DNA of 64,000 nt from an uncultured bacterium. Lineage in GTDB: Bacteria; Fidelibacterota; Marinisomatia; Marinisomatales; TCS56. Positions within the stretch are counted from its first letter, which is position 1, and each line of letters starts with the position of its first letter. Of the stretch, positions 28,741-38,000 are shown one piece after another. The notes beneath the pieces were generated by a model. The model was not told the origin of the DNA and did no database searches. It saw nothing but the letters and a program-made list of their open reading frames with translations. The position numbers and the translations under genes are program-made. The stretch covers positions 33,302 to 97,301 of the forward strand of contig CAYTPW010000012.1 in assembly GCA_964439935.1 (NCBI GenBank). Direction: 5' to 3'.

Positions 28741-29863
28741 GGGGTGGTTGACCTTTCCAATAATCGTTTATCAGTGCGATAAACTGATCGAATAAATAAA
28801 ATGAATCATGGGGACCGGGACCGGCTTCCGGGTGGTACTGAACTGAAAAGGCTGATTGGTTCCGACTGACAAGCCCCTCAACAGTCTGGTCATTTAGATT
28901 AATATGGGAGATTTCAACATCTGAAGGCAGCGTATCACCATCAACTGCAAAACCATGATTCTGGCTTGTGATTTCGACCTTTCCGGTGGATAAGTTTTTA
29001 ACCGGATGGTTGCTGCCACGGTGACCAAATTTTAGTTTATAGGTCTTAGCACCCAGTGCCAGCGCTAAAATCTGGTGACCAAGACAGATACCGAAAATCG
29101 GCACCTTCCCGATCAATTTATCAATTGTTTGTACCGCATAATCAACAGCCGCCGGATCACCAGGACCATTTGACAGTAAAATCCCAGCAGGATTTAGCGC
29201 TAGAATGTCCTCCGCTGTGGTTTCTGCCGGTACTATTCTATTGACACATCCCCGTGCTGCCAGTAACCTGGCAATACTACTCTTTAAGCCAAAGTCCATT
29301 GTGACTATTTTAGAAAAATAGCGGGCTTTTTGAATTTGATCAACCCAATCGTACGCGGACTCGCAAGTTACTTCGCGAACCAGATTTAACCCGGTCATTA
29401 CTGGTACTGATTTCAGTTTATTTCTTAATGAAGCCAGATCCAAATCAATAGTAGAAATAATACCGTTCATTGCCCCTTTGCGCCTAATATGGCGAGTCAG
29501 CGCACGCGTATCCAGTCCACTGATTCCTACTACCGCATGCTCTCGTAAATAATCACCAATACTTATTCTTGAACGCCAGTTTGATGGTTGGGTTGACTCT
29601 TCGCGAATAATCAATCCTGCTACTTGAATGCGGTCTGACTCCGCATCCTCCCCGTTAATTCCATAATTACCGATATGTGGCGACGTTAAGGTAACCAACT
29701 GCCTACAATAAGATGGATCGGTTAGAATTTCCTGGTAGCCACAGAACCCGGTATTAAAACACACTTCCCCAGATGTCTCACCTTCCGAACCAAAAGCACT
29801 GCCCTGAAAGCTGCGACCATCTTCCAGTACTAAAATGGCCGGGACAGTATCAAAATTAATCAA
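28733..29863 (-). CDS. carA: carbamoyl-phosphate synthase small (glutaminase) subunit
   Basis: 376 aa. Class-I GATase Cys in FGICLGHQ. 8-nt overlap with carB. Confidence 0.96.
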   Translation of the reverse strand: MINFDTVPAILVLEDGRSFQGSAFGSEGETSGEVCFNTGFCGYQEILTDPSYCRQLVTLTSPHIGNYGINGEDAESDRIQVAGLIIREESTQPSNWRSRISIGDYLREHAVVGISGLDTRALTRHIRRKGAMNGIISTIDLDLASLRNKLKSVPVMTGLNLVREVTCESAYDWVDQIQKARYFSKIVTMDFGLKSSIARLLAARGCVNRIVPAETTAEDILALNPAGILLSNGPGDPAAVDYAVQTIDKLIGKVPIFGICLGHQILALALGAKTYKLKFGHRGSNHPVKNLSTGKVEITSQNHGFAVDGDTLPSDVEISHINLNDQTVEGLVSRNQSAFSVQYHPEAGPGPHDSFYLFDQFIALINDYWKGQPPHA

Positions 29864-30079
29864 ATCACCTCCAGGGTATTTCGAAAGATCGGTGGTTTGA
29901 TTCGAGGTACGAGTCTATCATATTTGTGTTTGAAATTAAAGTGTAAATAGAGAGTGATTCTATTATAAAAACGTTCTCTGCAACCGTCCACCAGAGTCAA
30001 TAAGACATTTTTATCCACCAGTCAAAAATATTATTCGCGGTCAGTTACAGTATCTAGCAGGATGTGATTAAAGCCAACC

Positions 30080-31021
30080 CTATTTTAGCAGAACTATCTT
30101 CCTGGTCACCGTAGCAGTGGTTGTTCTCAACTGAGCAAAATATACACCTGAGGAGCTGTTAAATGCATCCCAGCTGGTTTGATGCCTCCCGGCTTTCCGA
30201 TAAGTATTTTCAAGCAATATTACCTGGTGACCGGCGATGTCCATAATTGCCAGTTGAATTGGTTGCTCCTGATCCAAATAATATTCCAGAGTTACACGTG
30301 CATTAAATGGATTGGGATAAGCTGGTAATAGTACAATTGCAGTTGGAATTGCGTGCTCTGATGCAGTAGAAACCGGTGGTAATTCAAATCCGCTAAAATT
30401 GAATATTCCATTAGATACACTTATCGTTGGAGGAAAAGGAAAACCCGCCTTTAGGAAGGTTCCACTGAATACGCCGTTTAGAGTATCCGTTGAAACAACA
30501 TCCACCGTTATTGTGCCGCTGACGCCAAAATAAGTGTAAGCTGCAATTTCGTCTATAATTTGGATTAAAAGGGAATCCAGTGTAGGTAAACCGCTTGTCG
30601 TATCGCTAACTAAATCCAATAATCCAACAACAAAACTGGTGTCTATCCCCGACATGAAAGCCGCCAGAACTGTCAGTTCCGTCTCGCCGCCTGGCAAAGT
30701 CAAGGTCCAGGTTTGAGGCTCCACTCCTGCACTGTCATCTCGTAGATATATTAAAAATACGTCATAGGTAGAGTCTGTTACCTGCTGAAAAGCTGGAATC
30801 AGAATATGGGTAGTATCATTATTTGACATAATGATGCTGCCAGCAAAACTGGTTGGGATGGTAAGTGTATCCGGTGGGGTGGTAGTTGAACTAATAAAAC
30901 TTCCATTTATGGTACCAAAATAATCAAATGAAAGTTGCCCCAAATAAGTAGCAGGATCCATCTGAGCATAAACTGTCACCATGAAAAATAATATTGAAGT
31001 AATGGCTTTTTTATTCCGCAT
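30080..31021 (-). CDS. hypothetical secreted protein with T9SS C-terminal sorting domain
   Basis: 313 aa. Signal peptide. C-terminus YPNPFNARVTLEY...GVYFAQL...RKIVLLK. N-terminal ~230 aa are Thr/Ser-rich with no family I recognise. Confidence 0.7.
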   Translation of the reverse strand: MRNKKAITSILFFMVTVYAQMDPATYLGQLSFDYFGTINGSFISSTTTPPDTLTIPTSFAGSIIMSNNDTTHILIPAFQQVTDSTYDVFLIYLRDDSAGVEPQTWTLTLPGGETELTVLAAFMSGIDTSFVVGLLDLVSDTTSGLPTLDSLLIQIIDEIAAYTYFGVSGTITVDVVSTDTLNGVFSGTFLKAGFPFPPTISVSNGIFNFSGFELPPVSTASEHAIPTAIVLLPAYPNPFNARVTLEYYLDQEQPIQLAIMDIAGHQVILLENTYRKAGRHQTSWDAFNSSSGVYFAQLRTTTATVTRKIVLLK

Positions 31022-31145
31022 TGTGTACTACCTTATGGTGGTTAAATATTTAAAACCATGTTTACAATCTACATTTTTCGGGATTACAAATAAACAGGCA
31101 ATTGTGGCATCCGACCATAACCTGATCGGATTTTTCAGCATTGCC

Positions 31146-31856
31146 TTAACGTTTTTTCACTGATGAGCCTCCAGTTGTTCGAATTTGCTGTTTATTCACC
31201 ATCCCGGAATATATCACAGATGCAGCTCCGGTAGCGCTACCGGTTAAATTTCCACCGGCCATGTTTAGCTCTGCTTCAGCGGAGCCAACCAACCTGACTT
31301 CGGCATTAGTGATTTTTGAATTACTGAAATCTACATATATATCCCCGGCACCATGCAATTCAAGATCAGTGATTGTATTGCCTTCACCAACAAGACGACT
31401 GGAACCATTCACTCTGATCTCCAGATCATCAGCCTGGAAGTCATTTATTTCGAAGCGTGATTTTCCATTGGCGCGAAATTCAGTGATTTCCGGCATAGTT
31501 ATCATTATTTCCAGACGCCCCGATCCTGATTTTCTGAATATACTTTCTGCAAAGGTTAATTTGTCATTCAGCTGGTTAATACGAAGTGATTTCACACGAG
31601 ACTCAGGACCTTCAACGGCTACTGAATATTTGTCTCCAGCCTTAATCTTGCCCCTCCAGTTTCCCTGAAATTTCAATTCAGAGAAATTGTTAAAATCCAG
31701 TTGTTCGGTTATTAGTTTAGAACTGTATTTTTCCAGATATGAACTATCATCTTCTGAACTGCTACCGATTAGGATTCGAAGGTAAAGTAATACAATGAAT
31801 ACAATTACAAATGGTAGTGCGAGCGCAATTCCAACTATTTTTTTTGACTTCTTCAT
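31146..31856 (-). CDS. DUF2807-like (putative adhesin head, GIN-domain) membrane-anchored protein
   Basis: I trim the track ORF to ATG 31856 (MKKSKKIVGIALALPFVIV...) because the upstream extension overlaps the GntR gene. It has a repetitive beta-helix-like G-x-G/S pattern (VNGSSRLVGEGN..LHGAGDIYV..LVGSAEAEL). Confidence 0.55.
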   Translation of the reverse strand: MKKSKKIVGIALALPFVIVFIVLLYLRILIGSSSEDDSSYLEKYSSKLITEQLDFNNFSELKFQGNWRGKIKAGDKYSVAVEGPESRVKSLRINQLNDKLTFAESIFRKSGSGRLEIMITMPEITEFRANGKSRFEINDFQADDLEIRVNGSSRLVGEGNTITDLELHGAGDIYVDFSNSKITNAEVRLVGSAEAELNMAGGNLTGSATGAASVIYSGMVNKQQIRTTGGSSVKKR

Positions 31857-31866
31857 CCCAGCCTTC

Positions 31867-32232
31867 CTATCCATTAGCTTGGTGGTGTTGATAACGTTTC
31901 TCAAGATCTTTAATTGTAATACCCAGGAGATCCAGTGTTCTAAACAGGCGTGGTAGATCTTTAGTGATGAAATCATCCTGTTTAAGTTGACGTGTTTTCT
32001 CAACCGCCTCGTCAGCAATAAAATAACCGATACCACGTTGATTATAGATAATGTCCCGGCCTTGTAAATAGTTATATGTCCGCATAACCGTATTGGGATT
32101 GACTTCAATATCGATGGCCAGTTCTCTAATCGATGGTATTTTATTACCGATTTCCCAGGTACTGGTAAGAATCATTTCACAGATATAATCGGCTATTTGC
32201 AGATAAATGGCCTGATCCGAGCGAAATTCCAT
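31867..32232 (-). CDS. GntR-family (YtrA-subfamily) transcriptional regulator
   Basis: 121 aa. IYLQIADYI...KIPSIRELAIDIEVNPNTVMRTYNYLQGRDIIYNQRGIGYFI is a canonical GntR wHTH with the short YtrA-type tail. Confidence 0.85.
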   Translation of the reverse strand: MEFRSDQAIYLQIADYICEMILTSTWEIGNKIPSIRELAIDIEVNPNTVMRTYNYLQGRDIIYNQRGIGYFIADEAVEKTRQLKQDDFITKDLPRLFRTLDLLGITIKDLEKRYQHHQANG

Positions 32233-32233
32233 A

Positions 32234-33013
32234 TCAAGCCTCCGTTTCTTTCAACTGGAAATAAGTCACGAACCACAGGAATGGTGCCAGTAAGTAGAAA
32301 AAGACGAATTTCATCAAATGACCAAAACCGATAAAAAAGTTCTCCAGGCTCTGTTCCAAGCCATGTGATGATATTATCATGTCATCAAAGCCAAATTCCC
32401 AGCCACTGAAATACTTCCAGAATAAAATTCGTGCCAGCAACCCAACAAATAAACTTAGAGCGATTTGCAAAATGAAAAGGGTAAAAACTGTTTTAAGGAA
32501 CGCGTTTTTCCGGAAAAATGCTGCTCCAAGTAAAAATATGGATTGAGTAATGACATAGATCCCAATTGTTGTCCAGACTACCTCATCGAAAGGATTAAAG
32601 AGTGGATATCCATGACCGAAAAAGGTCACATTTATAAGTGACATAAGTACTGAGAATAAAAAATATAAAACCAGGGTACCCAGAACATAACCAAGTGTGG
32701 TTAATAGTAGCTTGCTGAGAAATTTCTCCAGATTAGATGCCGGCAAAGTCAGATAAACATAGCTGCGCTGAGGATGATGCAGATCATTGAATGCCACACT
32801 GGTAACAATATAACCGCCGATAAAGAGCATCAATGGATAGAATACAATCGGAACCAGAACCTCGCGACTGCCTAATATTGATATAATATTGATAAAGAGT
32901 AGAATACCAATGGCAGCGCCACCGGCGATTAATAAGGCACGATAATTTGTAAACAAATCATTTTTTATCAACTGCCAGAAACGACCTATTTCAAAGCGGG
33001 AATCAGTCAACAT
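32234..33013 (-). CDS. polytopic membrane protein (probable permease partner of the adjacent ABC ATPase)
   Basis: 259 aa, about 6 hydrophobic segments. Overlaps the ATPase gene by 11 nt. No family recognised. Confidence 0.5.
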   Translation of the reverse strand: MLTDSRFEIGRFWQLIKNDLFTNYRALLIAGGAAIGILLFINIISILGSREVLVPIVFYPLMLFIGGYIVTSVAFNDLHHPQRSYVYLTLPASNLEKFLSKLLLTTLGYVLGTLVLYFLFSVLMSLINVTFFGHGYPLFNPFDEVVWTTIGIYVITQSIFLLGAAFFRKNAFLKTVFTLFILQIALSLFVGLLARILFWKYFSGWEFGFDDMIISSHGLEQSLENFFIGFGHLMKFVFFYLLAPFLWFVTYFQLKETEA

Positions 33014-33857
33014 GTTGCACCTCCATACTGAAAATACCTGCTACTCGTTCACGGTTGTTGATCACTGCATTAAACAAAATCTCAAGATCGATCTTACTTT
33101 CAATCCCATCGAGATTTTCTGAAAGGGCAGCATATCCGCCCAGAACTTTATCGCAGTATAATACATTGGATTGGTCGCTCACTTCCGGCAATAGTTCGAC
33201 TGTCAGTTTTTCAGTGACCGTTGCCATAGCAGCATTAAAAATAATTTCACCATCATCAAGAATTATAATCGGATCGATCAAATTTTCCATATCTCGAACC
33301 TGATGAGTGGATATTAAGAAAGTGCGTTCTTCGGTCATGGATGAGGCCAGTAACTTTCTAAACTGACTTTTTGTTGGTATATCTAATCCATTGGTCGGCT
33401 CATCCAGGATTAACAGGTGACAATCTGTAGCTAAGCCGAATGCTAGTAGAAATTTTTTCTTCTGACCATACGATAGGTTCGATAATCGAGCTGCAGCAGG
33501 CAAATTAAAATCACTGAGGTAGGAATTGAAGTGACTGCTGTTAAAACGAGGATAAAAAGGCGAAAACAGTGCCAAATATTCACCAACTTTAACCGGTGGC
33601 AGATAAAACTCCTCGGGAATAAAAAATATTTCCTGAAGCAATTTGGGATTGCGCTTTTCGGGATGAAAACCAAGTACTTCACATTTTCCAGCCTGAGGAA
33701 ACAGCAAACCCGACAAGAGTTTCAATAAAGTTGTTTTACCGGCGCCATTCTTGCCAAGTAGACCATAAATATTACCGGCTGGTAATTCCAGGTTGAGCCC
33801 GGTAAATAATTGTTGTCCCCGGGTGTATTCAAATGACAAATCGTTAATTGTTAACAT
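33003..33857 (-). CDS. ABC transporter ATP-binding protein (ABC-2 type)
   Basis: Walker A GKNGAGKTT, signature LSYGQKKK, Walker B LILDEPTNGLD. Confidence 0.85.
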   Translation of the reverse strand: MLTINDLSFEYTRGQQLFTGLNLELPAGNIYGLLGKNGAGKTTLLKLLSGLLFPQAGKCEVLGFHPEKRNPKLLQEIFFIPEEFYLPPVKVGEYLALFSPFYPRFNSSHFNSYLSDFNLPAAARLSNLSYGQKKKFLLAFGLATDCHLLILDEPTNGLDIPTKSQFRKLLASSMTEERTFLISTHQVRDMENLIDPIIILDDGEIIFNAAMATVTEKLTVELLPEVSDQSNVLYCDKVLGGYAALSENLDGIESKIDLEILFNAVINNRERVAGIFSMEVQHVD

Positions 33858-34008
33858 TTGTACCTCAATATTAGTGTACTATTATATTAGTGCACTAATA
33901 TTATACAACAAAACAAAAATTCCTGTCAAGTACTTTTATAACTTTATCGATCCAACTTCATATTACTATCCATCACTAATTTCCATTTAATTAACCAGCG
34001 GTATAAAA

Positions 34009-35019
34009 ATGATAAAGCGCCTGTGCCTGTTTTTATTTATCGGATTCGTTGCTCCTGGGATTGCTTCAGATCAAAAATGGGTCGAACTGGGAAATTTCGA
34101 ATTGGAAAATGGCGAAATGATCCAAGATTGCCGGATCGGCTACCGAACCTACGGTAACGTTGACAAAGAAAACTCCAACGTCATTCTTTTTCCGACTTGG
34201 TTTGGCGGTGTCAGCAAGCATCTGGGCAATCTGGTTGGACCGGATAAACTGGTGGATAGTACCCAGTATTATGTTATTGCCATAGATGCTCTGGGAGACG
34301 GAGTTTCTTCTTCTCCCTCAAACAGTGTTAAGCAATCGGATGATAATTTTCCCATCTTCACCATTCGCGATATGGTTAATTCGCAGCGGCAGACACTAGA
34401 GTTATTAAATATCAATCATCTCTATGCCATCATTGGTGGCTCAATGGGAGGAATGCAAACTTTTCAATGGCTCGTTTCATATCCCGGTTTCATGGATAAG
34501 GCCGTATCCTACGTCGGTGCACCCTGGCAATCCGGCTATGGCAGATTGGTTTGGGAAGCAGAATTATTTGCGATCGAATCCGGCCTGAAGCATAAGGTTC
34601 CGCTTGATATAATAACCGAGCAGGTAGCCCTGATCCAGATCATGAATGCCTACACACCGGATTATCGCAACCGTCAGACCAAGCCCAATGAGGTCGCCCA
34701 ATTCCGGACCGATTATGTGCAACGCTTTTCAAAAAATTTCCGCATTTATGATTGGGCCGCCCAATTACGAGCAATGATGACCCACGATATAACCCACGGT
34801 ATTGGTGGAGGCCGAGCCTCGGTGCCAGAACGAATAGCAGCCGAAACTTTTATCATAGTTTCCGGCCAGGATCACCTGGTCTCTCCAGATCCTGCACTTG
34901 AATTAGCGAAGATGATTAATGCTCAAATACTGGTCTTTGATAATGACTGCGGACACTTGGCGCCCGGTTGTGAGATGGAGCGCTTCATAGAAGCGGTCCA
35001 CACATTCCTGAATGACTGA
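34009..35019 (+). CDS. alpha/beta hydrolase of the homoserine O-acetyltransferase (MetX) family, with N-terminal signal peptide
   Basis: 336 aa. MIKRLCLFLFIGFVAPGIAS looks like a Sec signal. FELENGEMIQDCRIGYRTYG and GGSMGGMQ (nucleophile elbow) are MetX-like. Confidence 0.7.
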   Translation: MIKRLCLFLFIGFVAPGIASDQKWVELGNFELENGEMIQDCRIGYRTYGNVDKENSNVILFPTWFGGVSKHLGNLVGPDKLVDSTQYYVIAIDALGDGVSSSPSNSVKQSDDNFPIFTIRDMVNSQRQTLELLNINHLYAIIGGSMGGMQTFQWLVSYPGFMDKAVSYVGAPWQSGYGRLVWEAELFAIESGLKHKVPLDIITEQVALIQIMNAYTPDYRNRQTKPNEVAQFRTDYVQRFSKNFRIYDWAAQLRAMMTHDITHGIGGGRASVPERIAAETFIIVSGQDHLVSPDPALELAKMINAQILVFDNDCGHLAPGCEMERFIEAVHTFLND

Positions 35020-35066
35020 CTTTACAATATACTGCGCAACTACACTGTGATTTAATAAATTTCTGA

Positions 35067-38000
35067 ATGCGAATTCCTTCTTTATTTCTATCCTTATGGT
35101 GGATAGTCTTGTTTATAATGCATGAATTTGTTCTGTCTGCATCACCCTTGAATATTAAAGTCAACCAACCGGGAATGCTGGTTCTGGAATTCCAACTCGA
35201 TAGTGTTCTGGTGATAAATGACTCACTAATTATTACCAAACCCGGTCTCCCGCTCGACCAGTCCCCAGGTTACCCTGCATTGCCATGTCTGTCTGAAGTG
35301 ATCGTTGGGCTACCCCCCACAGCCCAAATGGAAGTATTCACAGATCAGGCAATTATTGTTCCTGGTTTTCTCCCCGGACGAGTAGCACCGGAACAGGCCA
35401 AAGGAATTGATTTTACGATACCTATAACTAACTGGGATGGATCCGATTATCCAGACAGGGTCGCAAGTACCATGCCTGCTGGTAAAATCCGCGGTCACGT
35501 CAGCACCGCCCTGAAAATTTATCCCGTTCGCTTCGTAGTAGGTAATCTAGTGCGTCACCAAAGGATAACAGTGAAATTGACCTGGAACAGGACAACAACT
35601 ATCAATCCGCAACTGTTATCACAAACCAGCTTGTCCGAGTTACCAGTCACAGAGATGCCCCATGCCCTGCATCGGCGGATAATTCTTCCTGACTACCAGT
35701 ATTCAGGAAATATCGCAAAAATCATGCTGGATAAAACCGGCTGGTATCAGTTGTCCCAGCCAACTCTGGTCGATAGTGGACTTATGATAACAAATGTCGA
35801 CCCTCGAACCTTCAGATTGTGGTCCCAAAATCAGGAAATACTAATCTATGTAGAAGGCGAGTCGGATGGCCATTTTAATACCAGCGACCGAATAATATTT
35901 TTTGGCGAGAAAAACAAAGCACCGATAAATACACCCTACCGCAGTAATTTCTACACTGACACAAATGTGTATTGGCTAACCTGGGGAGCAGTTAACGGAA
36001 TCAGATACATTTCCGAGAGCGCCTATCCTGATCTGCCAACAGATCAGGTTCTGGTACCACTAAGTTTCATCCATACACAGCATTATGAACAAGATGATTA
36101 TTTTGCGCGCCTGGGTAGTATGCACACCCATGATCAATGGGATACTTTCGACCATTTCTTTATGGAACCAGCGATCAACGGTGGTACATCCGAACAATTT
36201 GAAATTGAATTATATTCACCCCGAAATACAAACACTGTCGAATTCAGAGTCGGAATGGAATTCCAGGGTGTCACGGATGGAAACCATACATTACAAGCCT
36301 TTATTAACGGCTATAAAGTCACCGAAGCCGCTTGGTCGGGTCAAGCCTCCCAACAGATTACCGAAGATCCCGGGCAAGTCCTGCAAAACGATTTCCTGAA
36401 ACACGGCAGCAACCAGCTTTTGATTACACTGGAGGGCAACGATCCCACTAACCGTTATGATCAGGTCTATTTGAACTGGGTGGATATAACCTATGATCGC
36501 TTATACCAGGCCAACAATGATCGACTGGTTTTTACCCGCGACAGTAACCTGCCAATCACAACCCAATTTGAGGTGTTCGGATTTACAGACAATTCGATCC
36601 TGGTATTCAAGGAAGGTATTTCCCGTATCCAGGATTTCATCGTCGTTTATGACACAGGTCCGGATCACTATAAAATAGTTTTCCAGGATTATTTGACTTC
36701 CAATGCAACCAGGTATCATTGTCTGATAGAAGACAGTTTGCAAACTGTAAAATCAGTTCACTCGGTAGAGCCGATATTATCGCCTTTGAGTCAAGGAGGG
36801 GCAGATTATCTGGTTTTAATGCCCGATTCATTTCAAACTATATTACAGCCACTGATTGATCTGCATGATGGCATCGGAGTTGATATTGATGATGTTTATC
36901 GACAATATAGCGGCGGCGTTCTATCACCCTATGCCATCAGAGATTTTCTGACCGATGTTTATTACAGCTGGAGTCCGGTGCCATCAGAAGTACTAATTGC
37001 AATGCAGGGAGGATTATTTGGTTGGCGTGGAGGATACTCCAAGCCAGGTACATATATCCCATCAATGAAAACTCAGACCTATGGATGGGGGGCCGCTTCA
37101 TCTGATTTCTGGTACACACTAGTCGCCGGCGACGACCTGATTCCCGAGTTTTCCATTGGGCGACTACCTGCTCAAAACCAGGCCGAACTGGAAATAATGG
37201 TCGCTAAAGCACACGCATTACAAAATCAATTACCGGAAACTTGGAAAAACCAGGTTCTGATGATCGCCGGCTATGAAGAAGCCTTCAAACTCCAATCGGA
37301 AGCTTTGATCCAGAATATTGTTTCTCAGGCTATTTTTCCAACTCGCCTGAATATCGACCAATATTCTGAAAGCAGTCCTTTTTATGGCTCCACCGATACA
37401 TTATTAAAACATTTTGCGGATGGAAGAGTATATATCAATTTCCTGGGGCACGGCGGTGGCGCCGTCTGGGGCGACCGATCTCTGTTCACATTGGGAGACA
37501 TCGACAATCTGTTGAATCCTGGGAAGACACCTTTTGTCACCAGCATGACCTGTTTTACCGGCGATGTCACCAATCCCAATGCCCTTGGACGCCGTTTGCT
37601 TGGTTACGATCAGGGTGGTGTAGCAAGTTGGTTCGGCAGTGCCGGCGTGGGCTGGATTATCAATGACTATTTGCTTTTACAGCCGATTCACCAGCGACTT
37701 TTCAACTCTCCGGAATTATCAATCGGTGAAATAATCAACCAGGCAAAAATACAGTATCTGGCCACCAATTCCGCTTATCCTGACATTGCCCAAACTCAGG
37801 TTATGCAATTTAATCTGTCTGGTGATCCGGCTACGCGATTACACCTGCCTCAGATTAATCCGGTTCAATTGAATTTCAGCGATCCCGAACCAGGTGAAAC
37901 AATCGCGATTATCCTGCCAGGTGAAAATATAGACTCTGTTCGGATTCAATTATTCAATGATTCACAGATTCCCACCACCCGCTATCCTAAATTGTTAATG

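Noticed and set aside
31857-32108. N-terminal 84-residue extension of the DUF2807 ORF given in the track
   Set aside because: It overlaps the GntR gene, which has a clear wHTH. An internal ATG at 31856 yields a proper N-terminal membrane anchor.
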